NCBI RefSeq assembly: GCF_963921235.1
Contig: NC_086118.1
Coordinates: 30,008,001-30,072,000, forward strand
Direction: 5' to 3'
Length of the DNA stretch: 64,000 nucleotides
Origin: Mobula hypostoma
Lineage: Eukaryota
In this document: positions 35,541 to 48,371 of the stretch, one piece after another
Layout of the letters: each line of letters begins with the position of its first letter
How positions within the stretch are numbered: the first letter of the stretch is position 1
Notes under the pieces: generated by a model
The model's database searches: none
Told to the model about the DNA's origin: nothing
Seen by the model: only the letters and a program-made list of their open reading frames with translations
Translations under genes and position numbers: made by a program

Positions 35541-38436
35541 TAGAAACTAGCTTCCTGATGAGCTAAAGGGTTTGTGGGAATGGTGGCCCTGGTTTGTTAA
35601 AGGAACTAAGGAATAGAGGTCCCAGTTTGTTACTAGGTAGGTGGGTTGAAAGGGAGTGCAGGAATCAACACGTAGCGATCCAGGTGTTGAACCACTAGAA
35701 TTTCTAAACATTTAGTCATGATTAGTTAAAGTTTTATTGTATATATTGGGGCCATGCATTTTAAAGTTCATTTTGTAGCCAAAAGTAATGAAGGCTATGG
35801 ATCAACTTGGTCAGATTCAGGCAAAAGCCATAGTGAAGAATGGTGTGGATTGGAGAGCAGAGGCTGAGGGGCTGAAAACGATCATCGTTATGTTTGAGCT
35901 CCACCAAAGGTAGCTGTGGATTTATAGGACACAATATTCTTCTGTGCAATGGGAAGAGTCTGGAATGAAGTGATAATGTGCAGGAATGGAAAGATCAAGG
36001 TTTTTTTTGAGTGAGATGTAATGCCAGTAAAGGAGAGGTTCTCTTTAATAAAATTAGCTGATGTGGGCTCAGGGCTGCAGTTTAATGGTGTTCATTTATA
36101 ACGATATGGGTCTCACAGATAAAATGATCTTGGGGAGAGTACAAGAGAGTTGGTCATTTGTTGAGCTGTGGATGAAGAGCTGGTGGTAATTTGCCTCTGC
36201 TGTAAGAGGGTGCACATGGAGGGTGGTGATGGAGAGGTTTGGGGTTAATGGACAAATAAAGAGACTAGGGAGCAGGGAGATAAGTGGCAGAACCGAACTA
36301 ATATTTTTGCTTAAACTTAGTGAGCTACATGGCCTTCTACCATACCATAAGCAATTTTTAAGTATGTGTCAGAGCTGGATTATTGGATGGTCTCATTGGC
36401 ACGGAAAATCATGAACTCTTTGTAATTAGAGGCAACAATTTTCATTAAGAAAATTATCTGGATGCTGTCTGTGCATTTCAAAATACAGCTGATATAGTAA
36501 GCAGCATGGGCAGCTATGAGGCACGTGCTATGGATAGAGGAGTAAAGACAGATTCAGTGGATGGTACAGATAGAGTGGTCATTATTAATGGTGAAACTGT
36601 TACAAATTGTGGAGTCTAGCCTAGTAGTGCTTAATGTGGTGCAGCCTAATTTGATGGATAATTACCCACCAGGTCATAGTCCTTGACAGAGGGAGTAGAA
36701 ATGAGAGCCATAATTGAGAGTGGACATGGGGAGAGAGATCAATGGGCCAGGTTGCAGGAGTAACCAGCTTTTACTCCAGTAGCTCCAGGATTCAACTTTG
36801 TTTCCAGAATGAAGGCAGCTGGATCAGTGGAGAGGTTTAATTTTTGGCTGCCCGCTAGTGATCCTTTGCCATGCTATGGTTGCATGGAGAAATCTGAACA
36901 GCCATGCATTCAGTGATCTACAGTAGTTCTGCTGAGATCTAGCATAATTAAATGGCAAAAATGATATCAAGTCTTTAGCTGAGACTTGCTTATATTGGGA
37001 CTTCAAGTCTGGGTGGTGGCAATGGTGTGAGGGAACAAAATGAGAGAAAATAAATTTGATTAATGGATTTGGTTACCAGCCAACCACATAATGGATGTTT
37101 TGGCCAATGCAGAAGCTTGTCCTATTATTTCTTTTTTGAGCATCATTTTTTTTTTCCAAATTCTCTCTTCTTCTAAGTGATTGCCTGATTACATTTCTAT
37201 TAGATTTCTCAGCCGTGTCATTCCTGGGGAAAGGGGTGGTGGCAGGATGGCCATGAGATCATTTGTTATCCAAATGAAAAATGAGATGTTATCTATGGTT
37301 TCCACATTAGTTGCAAGTAAAATGAAAGAAGTGAAGTTATTATTGCACACAGGAGTGGTCACATGACATTCCTGCATGCCATGAACACCAAGTGTCATTG
37401 TGTGCACCTACTTGGTTGCTAGACTGAATTGGCAGTTTGACAGGCTCATCGTCGGATAATGGGTAGTGATCATTGCAGATGCAAACCATTGGGGAGTCAT
37501 CAGCAGACGTGCTATTAGAAGATCCAGTCCAGTGCTTTTATAATCGGGAATAATGAGTAGCTTAATACTGTCCAGGATAAAGTAGCCTGCCTGGTTAACA
37601 ACCTATTTACTGCTACCACCACTACTCTGAACTGCAGCATATTGTCCTTACGTGAGCAGTGCAGCAGCACAGTAAAATAGTTGCTGTTCTGATTTAACTG
37701 TTGTGCAAAATTTTTTTTTTGCTGTGGTACATGGACATCAATAAATTTACTTTGCCCCTGAGTCCTGTTTTGTTTTCAGTGTATGAGGTGTATGTACATT
37801 TATATTCAAATTGGATTTATTTGCTCGCCTGGTTAATGGCAGAGTTCCAATCTGTCCCGTGACTGTGGGCAACAAGATATGGACATTTGGTCAAAGCTGA
37901 CATTACTTTTCACTCTTGGGAACATTTTATTCAAAAATTATGGAAATATATGGGAAGAAAATTGCTCAATATAACATGAAGCAATTTCTCCAGCATTAGA
38001 AAATGTAACAACACATATTAATAAAAATTTAAAAATGTAACAAGAAGTATTAACAAAAATTTAATCCAGGGTTTGGGAGTGAGCTGGTGGAGTCAGGTGG
38101 GGCATCTTTTATGGGTATTATTACAAGTATTGTGGGTGACAAAGTATTCATATTTTATGAACAGGACGTGGAAGCTATTCTTTCTGCTGCTAGTGCAATA
38201 TCTTCAGGTGTGTGGGAACAAATTATCACCAGACATCAAATATCAGATATTTAAGCTGATATGTGTAACAGTTGTTGGCCACTAGGCTAAGATCGTCTGA
38301 ACTGCAACGGTGCAGATTTGAAGTGCTCAAAAAAGCAGTTCCTTCCAACCTGTAATTTCAAGCAATCAGACAATCCATCATCTCTTTTCATAGTGCCTCC
38401 AACTATTTTTATTTCTGATCTTGCTGGAGAATTGAA

Positions 38437-38680
38437 GCAACACACACAAAATGTTGGAGGAACTCAGCAAGTCAGGCAGCATTTAGGGAAATGAATAGAC
38501 AGCTTGATGATTTGAGCCCAGACCCTTCTTCTGAACTGGAAAAGAAGGGATAAGACACCAGAATAAAAAGGTGGGAGGATGGGAAGGAGGATACCTAGAA
38601 GGTGATAGATGAAGCAGAACGGGTAGAAAAGATAAAAGGCTGGAGAGGAAGGAATCTGACAGGAGAAGAGAATGGACCTA
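38437..38680 (-). mobile_element. Degenerate Penelope terminal-repeat fragment
   Basis: gcaacacacacaaaatgttggaggaactcagc family signature followed by a purine-rich tract. Confidence 0.7.
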
Positions 38681-39024
38681 TTTCTGTCCCTATATAGCCA
38701 TCAATAAGATTTGATATGGCAACAGACATTAAAAAATTACCCACACAGTGACCAATATTTCATATTCCCATGTGATCATTTTTCCAGAAGTCAGCCTCCC
38801 TCACAGGAGTGAACATTTTTCAATGCCATCTCAGAACTTAATAGTAGATTTTACCCATTTCCATTAGAAAGAGTTAGTAAAAAGGGACATATTTTAAATA
38901 GGAATAATTATAGTTGAGTTGAACATGAATATAATTTATTTGATCACATATTTACAAATTATAATCTGTGGACTAATTGCACAGGAAGTGTGATTAACCT
39001 AAAATTTATTTCTACCTAGCATAA

Positions 39025-39570
39025 AAAAAGAAGAATGAGGAAGAATTGCCATTGCCAAAACCAACTTCCTAAAAATGAAAACTATTTTTACCAACAGACA
39101 CATTTCTTTGACAACAAGGCTTTGGCTACTAAAATGTTATATCTGGTCAATCCTGCTGTATGTTTCTGAAACATGGACTATAACACCAGAACTCCAAAGA
39201 AACTTAGAAGCAACAGAAATATGGTTTCTTAGAAGAATGCTGAAAATATCATATAGGGATAGGGTAACTAATGAGACAGTACTCCAGCATGCCCATACAA
39301 AAAGATCTTTAATGAGAACATTAAATGAGAGGAAACTTAAATTCCTGGGCCATGTCATCAGAAAGGGAGAAATAGAACACCTTACATTACAAGGCCGTAT
39401 GCCTGGGAGATGCAGAAGAGGAAGGCAAAGAAAAAATATATGGACACTGTGAAAGAAATAACAGATTGAAATGTGTGAGATATCATTGATGCTGTGAGGG
39501 ATTGTTCGATGTGGAAAGCCTTGATCGCTCAAGCACGTAACGCGCAAGGCACATGAAGAAGAAGAAGAAG
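39025..39570 (+). mobile_element. RTE-clade LINE 3' end
   Basis: ORF 39075-39452: SILLYVSETWT, WFLRRMLKISY, VTNETVL, FLGHVIRK, GRCRRGRQR; (GAA)n tail; possible TSD agcataa. Confidence 0.9.
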
Positions 39571-40031
39571 CATAATGTAATAGGCATAGATCCACCCCTC
39601 CACCCAACCCTGTAAATTTCTATGATTTCTGTGAACTGTAGTCTCTGCAATTAAATCCCTTATAAATGAGCAAAGTATAGTTTTCATTCTACTCCAGTAA
39701 AGCTATAATACACAAAGTATATCAGGACAGCACAAACTTTATGACAGCCAGGTAAAACCTGTCAGCGACTTACAGTTTCTAGATAAAGATTCTCAGAATT
39801 GTTAGAGAAAAAGGAAGTCTCTCAGGAGCTGTCCTTCCGATTGTGTGTGGACTGCCTATAAGTGACAGTCTCATTAAATAAGCATGTATTGACATGGTTG
39901 GCTCAGTTTTCATAAAGAGAAAAGAATCTGCTGTTAATAATGTGATAATTTTTGAGAATTCTGTCCCACAATGGGATTAGCTCAACTTTGTCAATTCTGC
40001 TTGCAGTTGGCCTTGAAAAATTAATTGAATT

Positions 40032-40230
40032 AACACTCACAGCACGCTGGAGGAACTCAGCAGGTCGGGCAGCATCAGTGGAAACGATGAGTCGACGTTT
40101 CGGGCCGGAACCCTTCGTCAGGACTGAACAAAGAAGGGGGGGAAGGATTTGAAGAATGCTTGTAGGTTCAGTTGAAAGACCAGTATTGAGTGTTGCTTTG
40201 ATCCCAGCATCTGCAGATTATTTTGTGTTT
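40032..40230 (-). mobile_element. Short Penelope-derived insertion carrying a hammerhead motif
   Basis: TSD aaaat(t/g)aattgaatt at 40017-40031 and 40231-40245. Confidence 0.85.
40090..40125 (-). ncRNA. Minimal type I hammerhead ribozyme motif
   Basis: Minus strand AGTC-CTGACGA-A-GGGT(TCCG)GCCC-GAAAC-GTC-GACT: stem I, CUGANGA core, stem II, GAAA, palindromic ACGU stem III, GUC cleavage triplet. Confidence 0.75.
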
Positions 40231-40534
40231 AAAATGAATTGAATTGTTTCTTCTAATGAACAATGTGCTAGGTTGTGCTGACAGTTAAGTGTAGCTAGAA
40301 AGCCACTGACCAGCTGCAGTGCAGACGTCAGCATTTTCCATATTTTGGTGCCTACACACTGCAGTGTGGAAGTATGCTGGAGATCAGATGCTCTCATTGT
40401 GGTCCTGGATACACCACTGCTTTTAGAATGCTCCATAATTCACTGAACCAAGAAGCCAAATACATACTGTACCTTCCTATGCTAGTCTTATGCAACTAGC
40501 ACAGCCCCATTTTTGAAAAACTGAAATTGCCACC

Positions 40535-41055
40535 CTTTACTATGTTCAGTTCTGGTCATCTCATTATAGAAAGGATGCCGGTTTTAGGAAGGGTGCAGAC
40601 ATTTACCAAGAGGCTGTCTGGATGAGAGAGCATGTCTTATGAGGAAAAATTGAGCAAGCTAACACTTTCCTCTTTAGAGCAAAGGAGGATGAGAGGTGAC
40701 TTGGTAGAAGTCTATAAGATGATAAGAGGCATAGATAGAATAGACAGCCAATGCATTTTCCCATGGTGAAATGACTAATACAAGAAGGCATAATTTTAAG
40801 GTGATTGGTGGAAAGTAGAGCTGGGTTGTCAGAAGTTGGTTTTTTAACACAGAAGAGTGTAGGAGTCTGGAACACACTGCCAGAGGTGGTAGAGACAGAT
40901 GCTTTAGGGACATAGAAGATACTCTTAGACACGCTGATGAAAGAAGAAACAAAGTCTATGTGGGAGGGAAATGTTAGATTGATCATGGCGTAGGTTTAAA
41001 AGTCAAAACATCATCGGCCAAAGGGTGTGTACTGTGCTGTACTGTTCAATGTTTG
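40535..41055 (+). mobile_element. CR1 3' fragment
   Basis: gttcagttctggtc...ggatgagaggtgacttg...aacacagaagagtg match the CR1 ORF2 end. Confidence 0.85.
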
Positions 41056-41489
41056 AAGATATGTTTCACATTCTATGTTGTATGTTTCTTAAAAATGTAC
41101 AGTAAGTCAAATAACTGACTTATGTTTTACTGTGTCTAAGGTCTCTGTTTAGTAAACGTTGAAGAGGTTTTCTGATATTACTGGTTATTAATAGACCATC
41201 AGTTTGGTCCCAAAACAGGGTTTTAGCTTTTGTCACATGGCGGTTATGGATCTCCAGGTTGACCCCGGCTACTAAGGTTGGCAGTGCTTTCGGAGATGTA
41301 AAACCACATGAAAAGTCGGGGGGGGGGTGTGGCCACAAGGCACAGGTCCAATGAAGTAATCATTGTGGAGGCTTGGAGTGGCCCATGCATGAATGGCCAA
41401 AGCTGTGAGTGATAAGCACATGCACACAAAATGCCTGCCAAATGTATCTTTGAGCCTGCTATGTGGTCTGAGTTGACAATGTGGAAGGA

Positions 41490-42313
41490 TAGGAGAATGG
41501 GCAGGAAAGTGGCAAATGAAATACAATGTTGGAAAATGCATGGTCATGCATTTTGGTAGTAGAAATAAATGTGGAGACTATTCTCTAAATGGGGAGAAAA
41601 TCGAAAAATCGGAGATGCAAAGGGACTTAGGAGTCCTTGTGCAGAACACCCTAAGTGTTAACTTGCAGGTTAATTTGGTGGTGAGGAAGGCAAATGCAAT
41701 GTTAGTATTCATTTCAAGAGGTCTAAAATACAAGAGTAGGGATGTGATGCTGATGCACTGGTGAGGCCTCACCTTGAGTATTGTGAACAGTTTTAGGCTC
41801 CTCATCTAAGAAAAGATGTGCTGGCATTGGAAAGGGTTCAGAGGAAGTCCATAAGGATGATTCCAAGAATGAAAGAGTTATCATATGAGAAACATTTAAT
41901 GGGTGTGTACTCACTGAAATTTAGAAGGATGGGGGGGGGGTCTCACTAAAACTTTTTGAATGTTGAAAGGCCTAGACAGAGTAGATGTAGAAAGGATATT
42001 TCCCATGGTGGGGTGTTCTAGGACAATAGGGCACAACCTCAGGATAGAGGGGCATCCATTTAAAACAGAGATGTGGAGAGGGTGGTGAATTTGTGTAATT
42101 TGTCACCACCTGCAGCTGTGGAGGCCAGGTCATTGGGTGTATTTAAGGCAGAGATTGATAGGTTCCTGATTGGACATGGCATGAAAGATGAAAGTGATAA
42201 GGCCAGAGAGTGGGATGGAGGAGGGCAAAGAAAGGATCAACCATGATTGAATGGAAGAGCAGACTCAATGGCCCAAATGGTCTAATTCTGGTCCTATGTT
42301 TTATGGTCTTATG
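41490..42313 (+). mobile_element. CR1/HER1 3' fragment
   Basis: ORF 41516-41764 MKYNVGKCMVMHFG...QRDLGV; tail ttatggtcttatgg. Confidence 0.92.
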
Positions 42314-42449
42314 GAAATGCTTATATTCACCATACCATACTTAATTCCTGCTCTCTGCATGAGGTTTCCTAGTATCTTTAGAAATTATAACTGGGAACTG
42401 CTTTGCCAGAAATGCTAAAAGGCAACAAGACCAAAAACAACTATATTTT

Positions 42450-43510
42450 CCAAGATTCAAGATAATTTAATGACATTCCCAGTACACAAATTTAAAGGAG
42501 AATGAAATAATTTTCACTCTGTCTCAATGCAGTACTAAACCAAAACACAATAAGATAAAGAACACAATAATAACAAGAAAAAAATGCAATAAATATAAAT
42601 ACATAAGATGGCTTACAGCATATATGTAGATAGATTGTATGTCCATACAGTGACCCTAGGTGCAGGAATATCTGTACATTTGGTGACTACCAGGAAATGA
42701 TAAAGTAATGGTGTCTTCCCCATTCCTTTCTGATCAGTCTGAAACATTGACTGTTCGTTAATTTCCATAGATGCTGCCTCACCTGCTGAGTTCCTCCAGC
42801 ATTTTGTGCATGTTGCCAATGATAAGGTAGTAGTGGTTCGGGGTGTGGAGGGGAGATTAGTGGGTGGGGGTGTTGATCATCCTTATTGCTTGGGGAAAGT
42901 AACTGTTTTTGACACTGGAGCTCATGATATGGACAGTGAGTCAAACAATCCATGAGCAGGATGGGTAGACTCCTTCCTTATGTTACTGGCACTTTCCTGG
43001 TACCTGTCTATATACCTGTCCTTGATGTGCAGGTAGGCTGGTGCCGGTGATATGTTGGGCAGTTAAGACTACCCGCTGTATGGATGTACATAGTCCAGCT
43101 CTCTTTAGCCTCCTCAGAAGGTAGAGGTATTAGTGAGCTTTTCTGATTGTGTAGCATACAGTCTGTGACCTTGATAGTTGTGTGAGATATGCGCTCCCAG
43201 GAGCTTGAAACTGCTGAGTCGCCGATGAAATGAAGGGCGTGAGTGACATGAGTTCTGACGTCGTTAACCATCTCCATTGTCTTATTGACATCGAGGAGGA
43301 GGTTATTTGCCTGGCACAAGGCCTCAAGCTCCTTACCTCCTCTGTAGGCCATCTCATCGTTGTTGGTGATGAGCCTCACCAGTGTTGTGTCATTGGCAAA
43401 CTTGACAATGTGATTACTCGTGTGTTTGGCCATGCAGTCATGTATGAGCAGAGTGTACAGCAATGGGCTCAGCACACAGCCCTGGGGGGGGGCACCCATG
43501 TTTTGGAATA
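42450..43510 (-). mobile_element. Rex1/Babar LINE fragment with a nested Penelope piece (about 42705-42816)
   Basis: ORF 43008-43499 PQGCVLSPLLYTL...IVKFANDTT; (TTGAATC)-type tail near 42451. Confidence 0.85.
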
Positions 43511-44277
43511 TGGAAGGGAGGAATGGTTGTGCTTCCTGACTATTTGAGGACTTTTAGTTCCAGCCATCATCACTAAAGCTGACAATGCTAGTAATGCCTT
43601 TAATCCCAAGACTTCTTTTTAAAAAGTTGACACTATGGCAACCTTTAAAAGTTTTGTTAGTATATTCCATTTCTATCTTGCCATAGCCCTGTGAATAGCA
43701 GTTGTTCCTAAAGTGGGTGATATCACTCCCTTGGGGGTGGTGGGAGTTTCCAAGGGGACGATGAAGATAAAAGGAATGGTGGGGGGTACTTGGTAGCAAG
43801 AGGGGATGCTGAGAGATTACAGGTTTAATTTAAGAAATTAATCACTTATTATTTGATCCTCAGTGCCACATAATTGATTAAATAATCACATAATCACTTC
43901 ATCTCTTACTAAGCCAGCATTCTCTTTGACTTTGCTTGAAGCATGTTATAGTTGTTGAAAAGCAATGTGACTCTTCTGTATCTGGCATATCATGAGAAAT
44001 CTGAACTGAAGAAATCATTTTATTTCCGTGCCCAACCCACACATTATTGCCATTCACTACTGTAGTGCAGCGTTAGTAAGATTCCCTTACTCTAACCACA
44101 CAGCGACGTAATGACTGTGAATTAGGATATGGTGTTCAACGGGGTAAAGCTCAGAATATACCCTTTCAAATGGTCTTGACAGCATTTCTGTTCTTGGTTA
44201 TATTTGCTTCATAAAAGATGAAAGCATGGTTCTAGAGTTGTTATTTGCTAGGGGACTCGAAAAAGATATGAAGATGG

Positions 44278-44313
44278 AGTCCTGACGAAGGGTCTCGGCC
44301 CGAAACATCGACT
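44278..44313 (+). ncRNA. Minimal hammerhead motif (CpG-decayed, AUC triplet) at the start of an 84-bp Penelope-derived insert (44282-44365)
   Basis: agtc-ctgacga-a-gggt(ctcg)gccc-gaaac-atc-gact; TSD tgaag(a/g)tggagtc at 44269-44281 and 44366-44378. Confidence 0.65.
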
Positions 44314-45098
44314 GTGCTTCTTCCTATGGATGCTGTCTGGCCTGCTGCGTTTTGTGTGTGTTGCTTGAAGGTGGAGTCAATATTTTAGGCTGTTGAGTAA
44401 CTTTTCAAAGAGAAGGATATTCTGCTCACCAACATTCTTGCTTGTACAACATATGGGGCACCATCCATGACAGAATGCCATCATGGGGTTATTACTTTCT
44501 TGAAAAAAAAGCTGTACATAATATATTCACTATTTACTGTGTAATTCATAGACAACAGCTTGTTGCTAAAACAGTAATTGACCGGCTACACAAATCCTGT
44601 TGAATGCTGTTTTCACAGTTGTAAATAAAATCAAGACCCATGCTTTCAGCTCTCAACTATTTCAAGAGCTTTGTATTGAGAATGATGAACAATTTGAATG
44701 CTTGCTGTCACACACAGAAATCAGGTGGTCCTCAAACCTGAGATGCTTCTGTACACTTTTTGAAACCTTGGTAAAATTATTCGAAGAATTGATTGCTTCA
44801 TTCAGAAATCAACTCAAGAATATTAGGCATGACATTGCTTATTTGTCAGAATTATTCACAAGGTTGAGTGAAATCAATCTTCAATTGCAAGAAAATAATG
44901 TGAATTTTATCAAAGTCAAATCAGTTGTCTCCATAGCTCTGTTCAAGTTAACCCCATTTAAGATGAATTTTGCCCGTTGTGATCCTTTTCAATTTCTGAG
45001 CCTCTCTGAGTTGGAAGAGAAAGAAAGAATATCAGATGATGACTTTCATGTATTCTGTGCCCACCTGGGTGAGCTGCATAAACACATGTCAGAGAGAT

Positions 45099-46597
45099 AG
45101 TAACATAGAAACATAGAAAACTTACAGCACAATACAGGCCATTGTCCCTACCTTAGAAATTACTAGGCTTACCCACAGCCCTCTATTTTTCTAAGCTCCA
45201 TGTACCTATCCAAAAGTCTCTTAAAAGACCCTATCATATCCGCCTCCATCACCATTGCCGGCAGCCCATTCCATGCACTCACCACTCTCTGAATAAAAAA
45301 CTTACCCCTGACATCTCCTCTGTAGCTACTCCCCAGCACCTTAAACCTGTGCCCTCTTGTGGCAACCATTTCAGTCCTGGGAAAATTCCTCTGACTATCC
45401 ACACGATCAATGCTTCTTATCATCTTACACCTCTGTCAGGTCACCTCTCATCCTCCGTTGTTCCAAGGAGAAAAGGCCAAGTTCACTCAACCTGTTTTCA
45501 TAAGGCATACTCCCCAATCCAGGCAACATTCTTGTAAATCTCCTCTGCACCCTTCCTATGGCTTCCACATCCTTCCTGTAGCGAGGCGACCAGAACTGAG
45601 CACAGTACTCCAAGTGGGATCTGACCAGGGTCCTATATAGCTGCAACATTACCTCTCGGCTCCTAAATTCAATTCCATGTTTGATGAAGGCCAATGCACC
45701 GTATGCCTTCTTAACCACAGAGTCAACCTGCACAGCAGCTTTGAGAGTCCTATGGACTCAGATCCCAGGATCCCTCTGATCCTCCACACTGCCAAGAGTC
45801 TTACCATTAATACTATATTCTGCCATCGTATTTGACCTATCAAAATGAACCACTTCACACTTATCTTGGTTGAACTCCATCTGCCATTTCTCAGCCCAGT
45901 TTTGCATCCTATCAATGTCCCGATGTAACCTCTGACAGCCCTCCACACTATCCACAACACCTCCAACCTTTGTGTCATCAGCAAACCTACTAACCCATCC
46001 CTCCACTTCCTCATCCAGGTCATTCATAAAAAACACGAAGAGTAAGGGTCCCAGAACAGATCCCTGAGCCAGACCACTGGTCACCGACCTCCATGCAGAA
46101 AATGACCTGTCTACAACTACTGTTTGCCTTCTGTGGGCAAGCCAGTTCTGGATCCACAAAGTAATGTCCCCTTGGATCCCATGCCTCCTTACTTTCTCAA
46201 TAAGCCTAGCATGGGGTACCTTATCAAATGCCTTGCTGAAATCCATATACACTACATCTACTGCTCTTCCTTCATCAATGTGTTTAATCAAGAAATCCAA
46301 TCGGGCTCGTAAGACACGATCTGCCCTTGACAAAGCCATACTGACTATTCCTAATCATATTATAACTCTCCAAATGTTCATAAATCCTGCCTCTCAGGAT
46401 CTTCTCCAGCAACTTACCAACCACTGAAGTAGGACTCACTGGTCTATAATTTCCTGGGATATCTCTACTCCCTTCCTTGAATAACGGAACAACATCCACA
46501 ACCTTCCTGTCCTTAGGAAACTCTCCCGTCCCCACTGATGATGCAAAGATCATCGCCAGAGGCTCACCATTCTCCTCCCTCGCCTGCCACAGTAACC
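45099..46597 (-). mobile_element. CR1 LINE, 5'-truncated, inserted in the hAT transposase
   Basis: YMDFSKAFDKVPH, QGSVLGP, FADDTK; (TTCTATGT)n tail; the host frame MSER|FQDL is split. Confidence 0.95.
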
Positions 46598-47949
46598 AGA
46601 AGATTTCAGGATCTTCTCTCGAACGAAATTCCAGTTTGGGTAATCAATCGATTCCTGAACACTTGTGATGAGGAATTAACAAGAAGGATGGAGGAAGAAC
46701 TGATCTTGCTATAAAATGACTTTGAGCTGAAACCTAGGTTCAAAAAATCATATGAAGACTTTTGGTTATAGAAAGAAATCTCTGAACACTATCCTGCACT
46801 CTGGATAAAGGTCAAGATGTTCTTTATTGCCTTTCTAACATCATATTTAGTGGAGCGCAGTTTCTGTGCAGTCTTCCAACTTCTTTCAAAGCAACAAAGC
46901 CGACTGCAAATTACCGAACGTGGAGATGTGTGACTCCTGATTGACATTCAGCCTGAGGTTGAGAAACTTATATCACTGCACCATGCCCATTCATCTCATT
47001 GAAGGTGAAAAAGCAATGAAATAGTGAATAGTTGGACTACTAATAGATGCTGTAAAATTTTTGATGAAAATAGTTTACTGTAATTACAAATGTAAATAGA
47101 GAATAATTTTATTTGTAGCTTTTAAATAGATTTGAATAATTCTTGCGATTATTTGCCATTCATTTGAATTTGCAGTTCCTATTTTATTTCACTGTGTAAC
47201 ATAAATCAAAATTCTTTATTGCTTTTATGTAATGGCCAGAAAAGGTATGGGGGGGGGGTGTGCTGGTATGTGCTCTGGAAGCCAAGGGGGTGGTAACCCC
47301 AAAAAAACACTGCTCTAGAGCTTTAAGTTCATTAACATTATTGGCATGGTCAGCATTAATTGCCATCCCTAATTGCCTTTGGGAATGTGAGGGTGAGTAA
47401 TTTTCTCTGCATTCTGCACTGAAGTTCTTTAAGCAGAGCTGTTGGATTGAACCATCAGATGTGGGCCTCAGTAATTAAACAGACTTTAATTCCAGGGCAG
47501 GATGGTTTGTGATGGTTTGTGGCAGTTTGTGGCAATACAATGCCCTTTTGATTTTGTTCTCCTCTATAAATGAGGGTAAAAATTAGAGAGCTGTTATGAC
47601 AAATCTTTGGAAATTGTTGCAGCATATATTTTTCTTAGCCAATCCTTTAGGTTCAAGGATTATTTCTTCCACTTAAGTTTTGTTGGTTGTGAAGAGTCTG
47701 ATGAAGCCAGTCTGGAAATATAGACACTTCCTCAGATGAAACTGGAGGTGCATGATGAGGTACAGTATGTAGATAAATAATTTGTGAGCTGCTATACTTC
47801 TTCTCTTGTCTGTCCATGGACTCAGTTCTCTTAACGATCCAGAATGCTCCTTTTCCATTTTGAGCAGTCATTGGCCAGGGATTCCCAAGAGTCAGTTGGG
47901 ATATTTCTTTTTTTTTTAATGAAGCTTCAAACGCATCCTTAAATCTTTT

Positions 47950-48240
47950 ACTCTATGTGTGTGATTATCTCTTCCCATGTCAGAGTTCAGAATAGTTGTT
48001 CAGTTTTGGGTTATTCCACCAGAGTTCCTGGATGTTGTTATGGCGTGAGAGAGGACACTCACTTGCTCATCCTTAAGGGAAGAGGTGCAGGATTTTGTAG
48101 AGACACTGACAATGGTTTGAGATGCCAGCAGCATTTGGTCAAAGTCTCAGAAGCATGTAAGAAAGCAGACATAATTGGTGGCCAAAGGGTAGTTAGTTTT
48201 ATACCAGATTTGATGTCTTGATTTTCAAATGTGCAGGACA
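47950..48240 (-). mobile_element. Ancient RTE fragment
   Basis: FLHASETLT...HLKPL resembles the RTE motif LLYGSETWT...HLKAL. Confidence 0.5.
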
Positions 48241-48371
48241 ATTGTGTACCAATTCATTAAGTGGTGGGTAGTTGGACCCACTCACCAAAAACTGAGTTAT
48301 TATCTTTCAACTATTTTCAGTTAGTGGAATCAATTAAGGAAACATCATTTAAGAAAAGAACTGAATCCACC

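Larger units (their letters stand above)
43699..47312 (+). mobile_element. hAT (Buster/Charlie, SCAND3/ZBED-like) transposon relic with two nested inserts
   Basis: Left end cagttgttcctaaagtgg; transposase VVNKIK...LLSHTEIRW (44600-45100) resumes near 46598 and ends HAHSSH*; right end ...aacactg. TSD not recognisable. Confidence 0.8.

Noticed and set aside
35600-37520. Possible ancient LINE on the minus strand
   Set aside because: Composition is suggestive, but no convincing RT or endonuclease motif could be read.
44600-45100. SCAND3-like host gene
   Set aside because: Broken by stops, a CR1 and a Penelope insert; lies within hAT ends.
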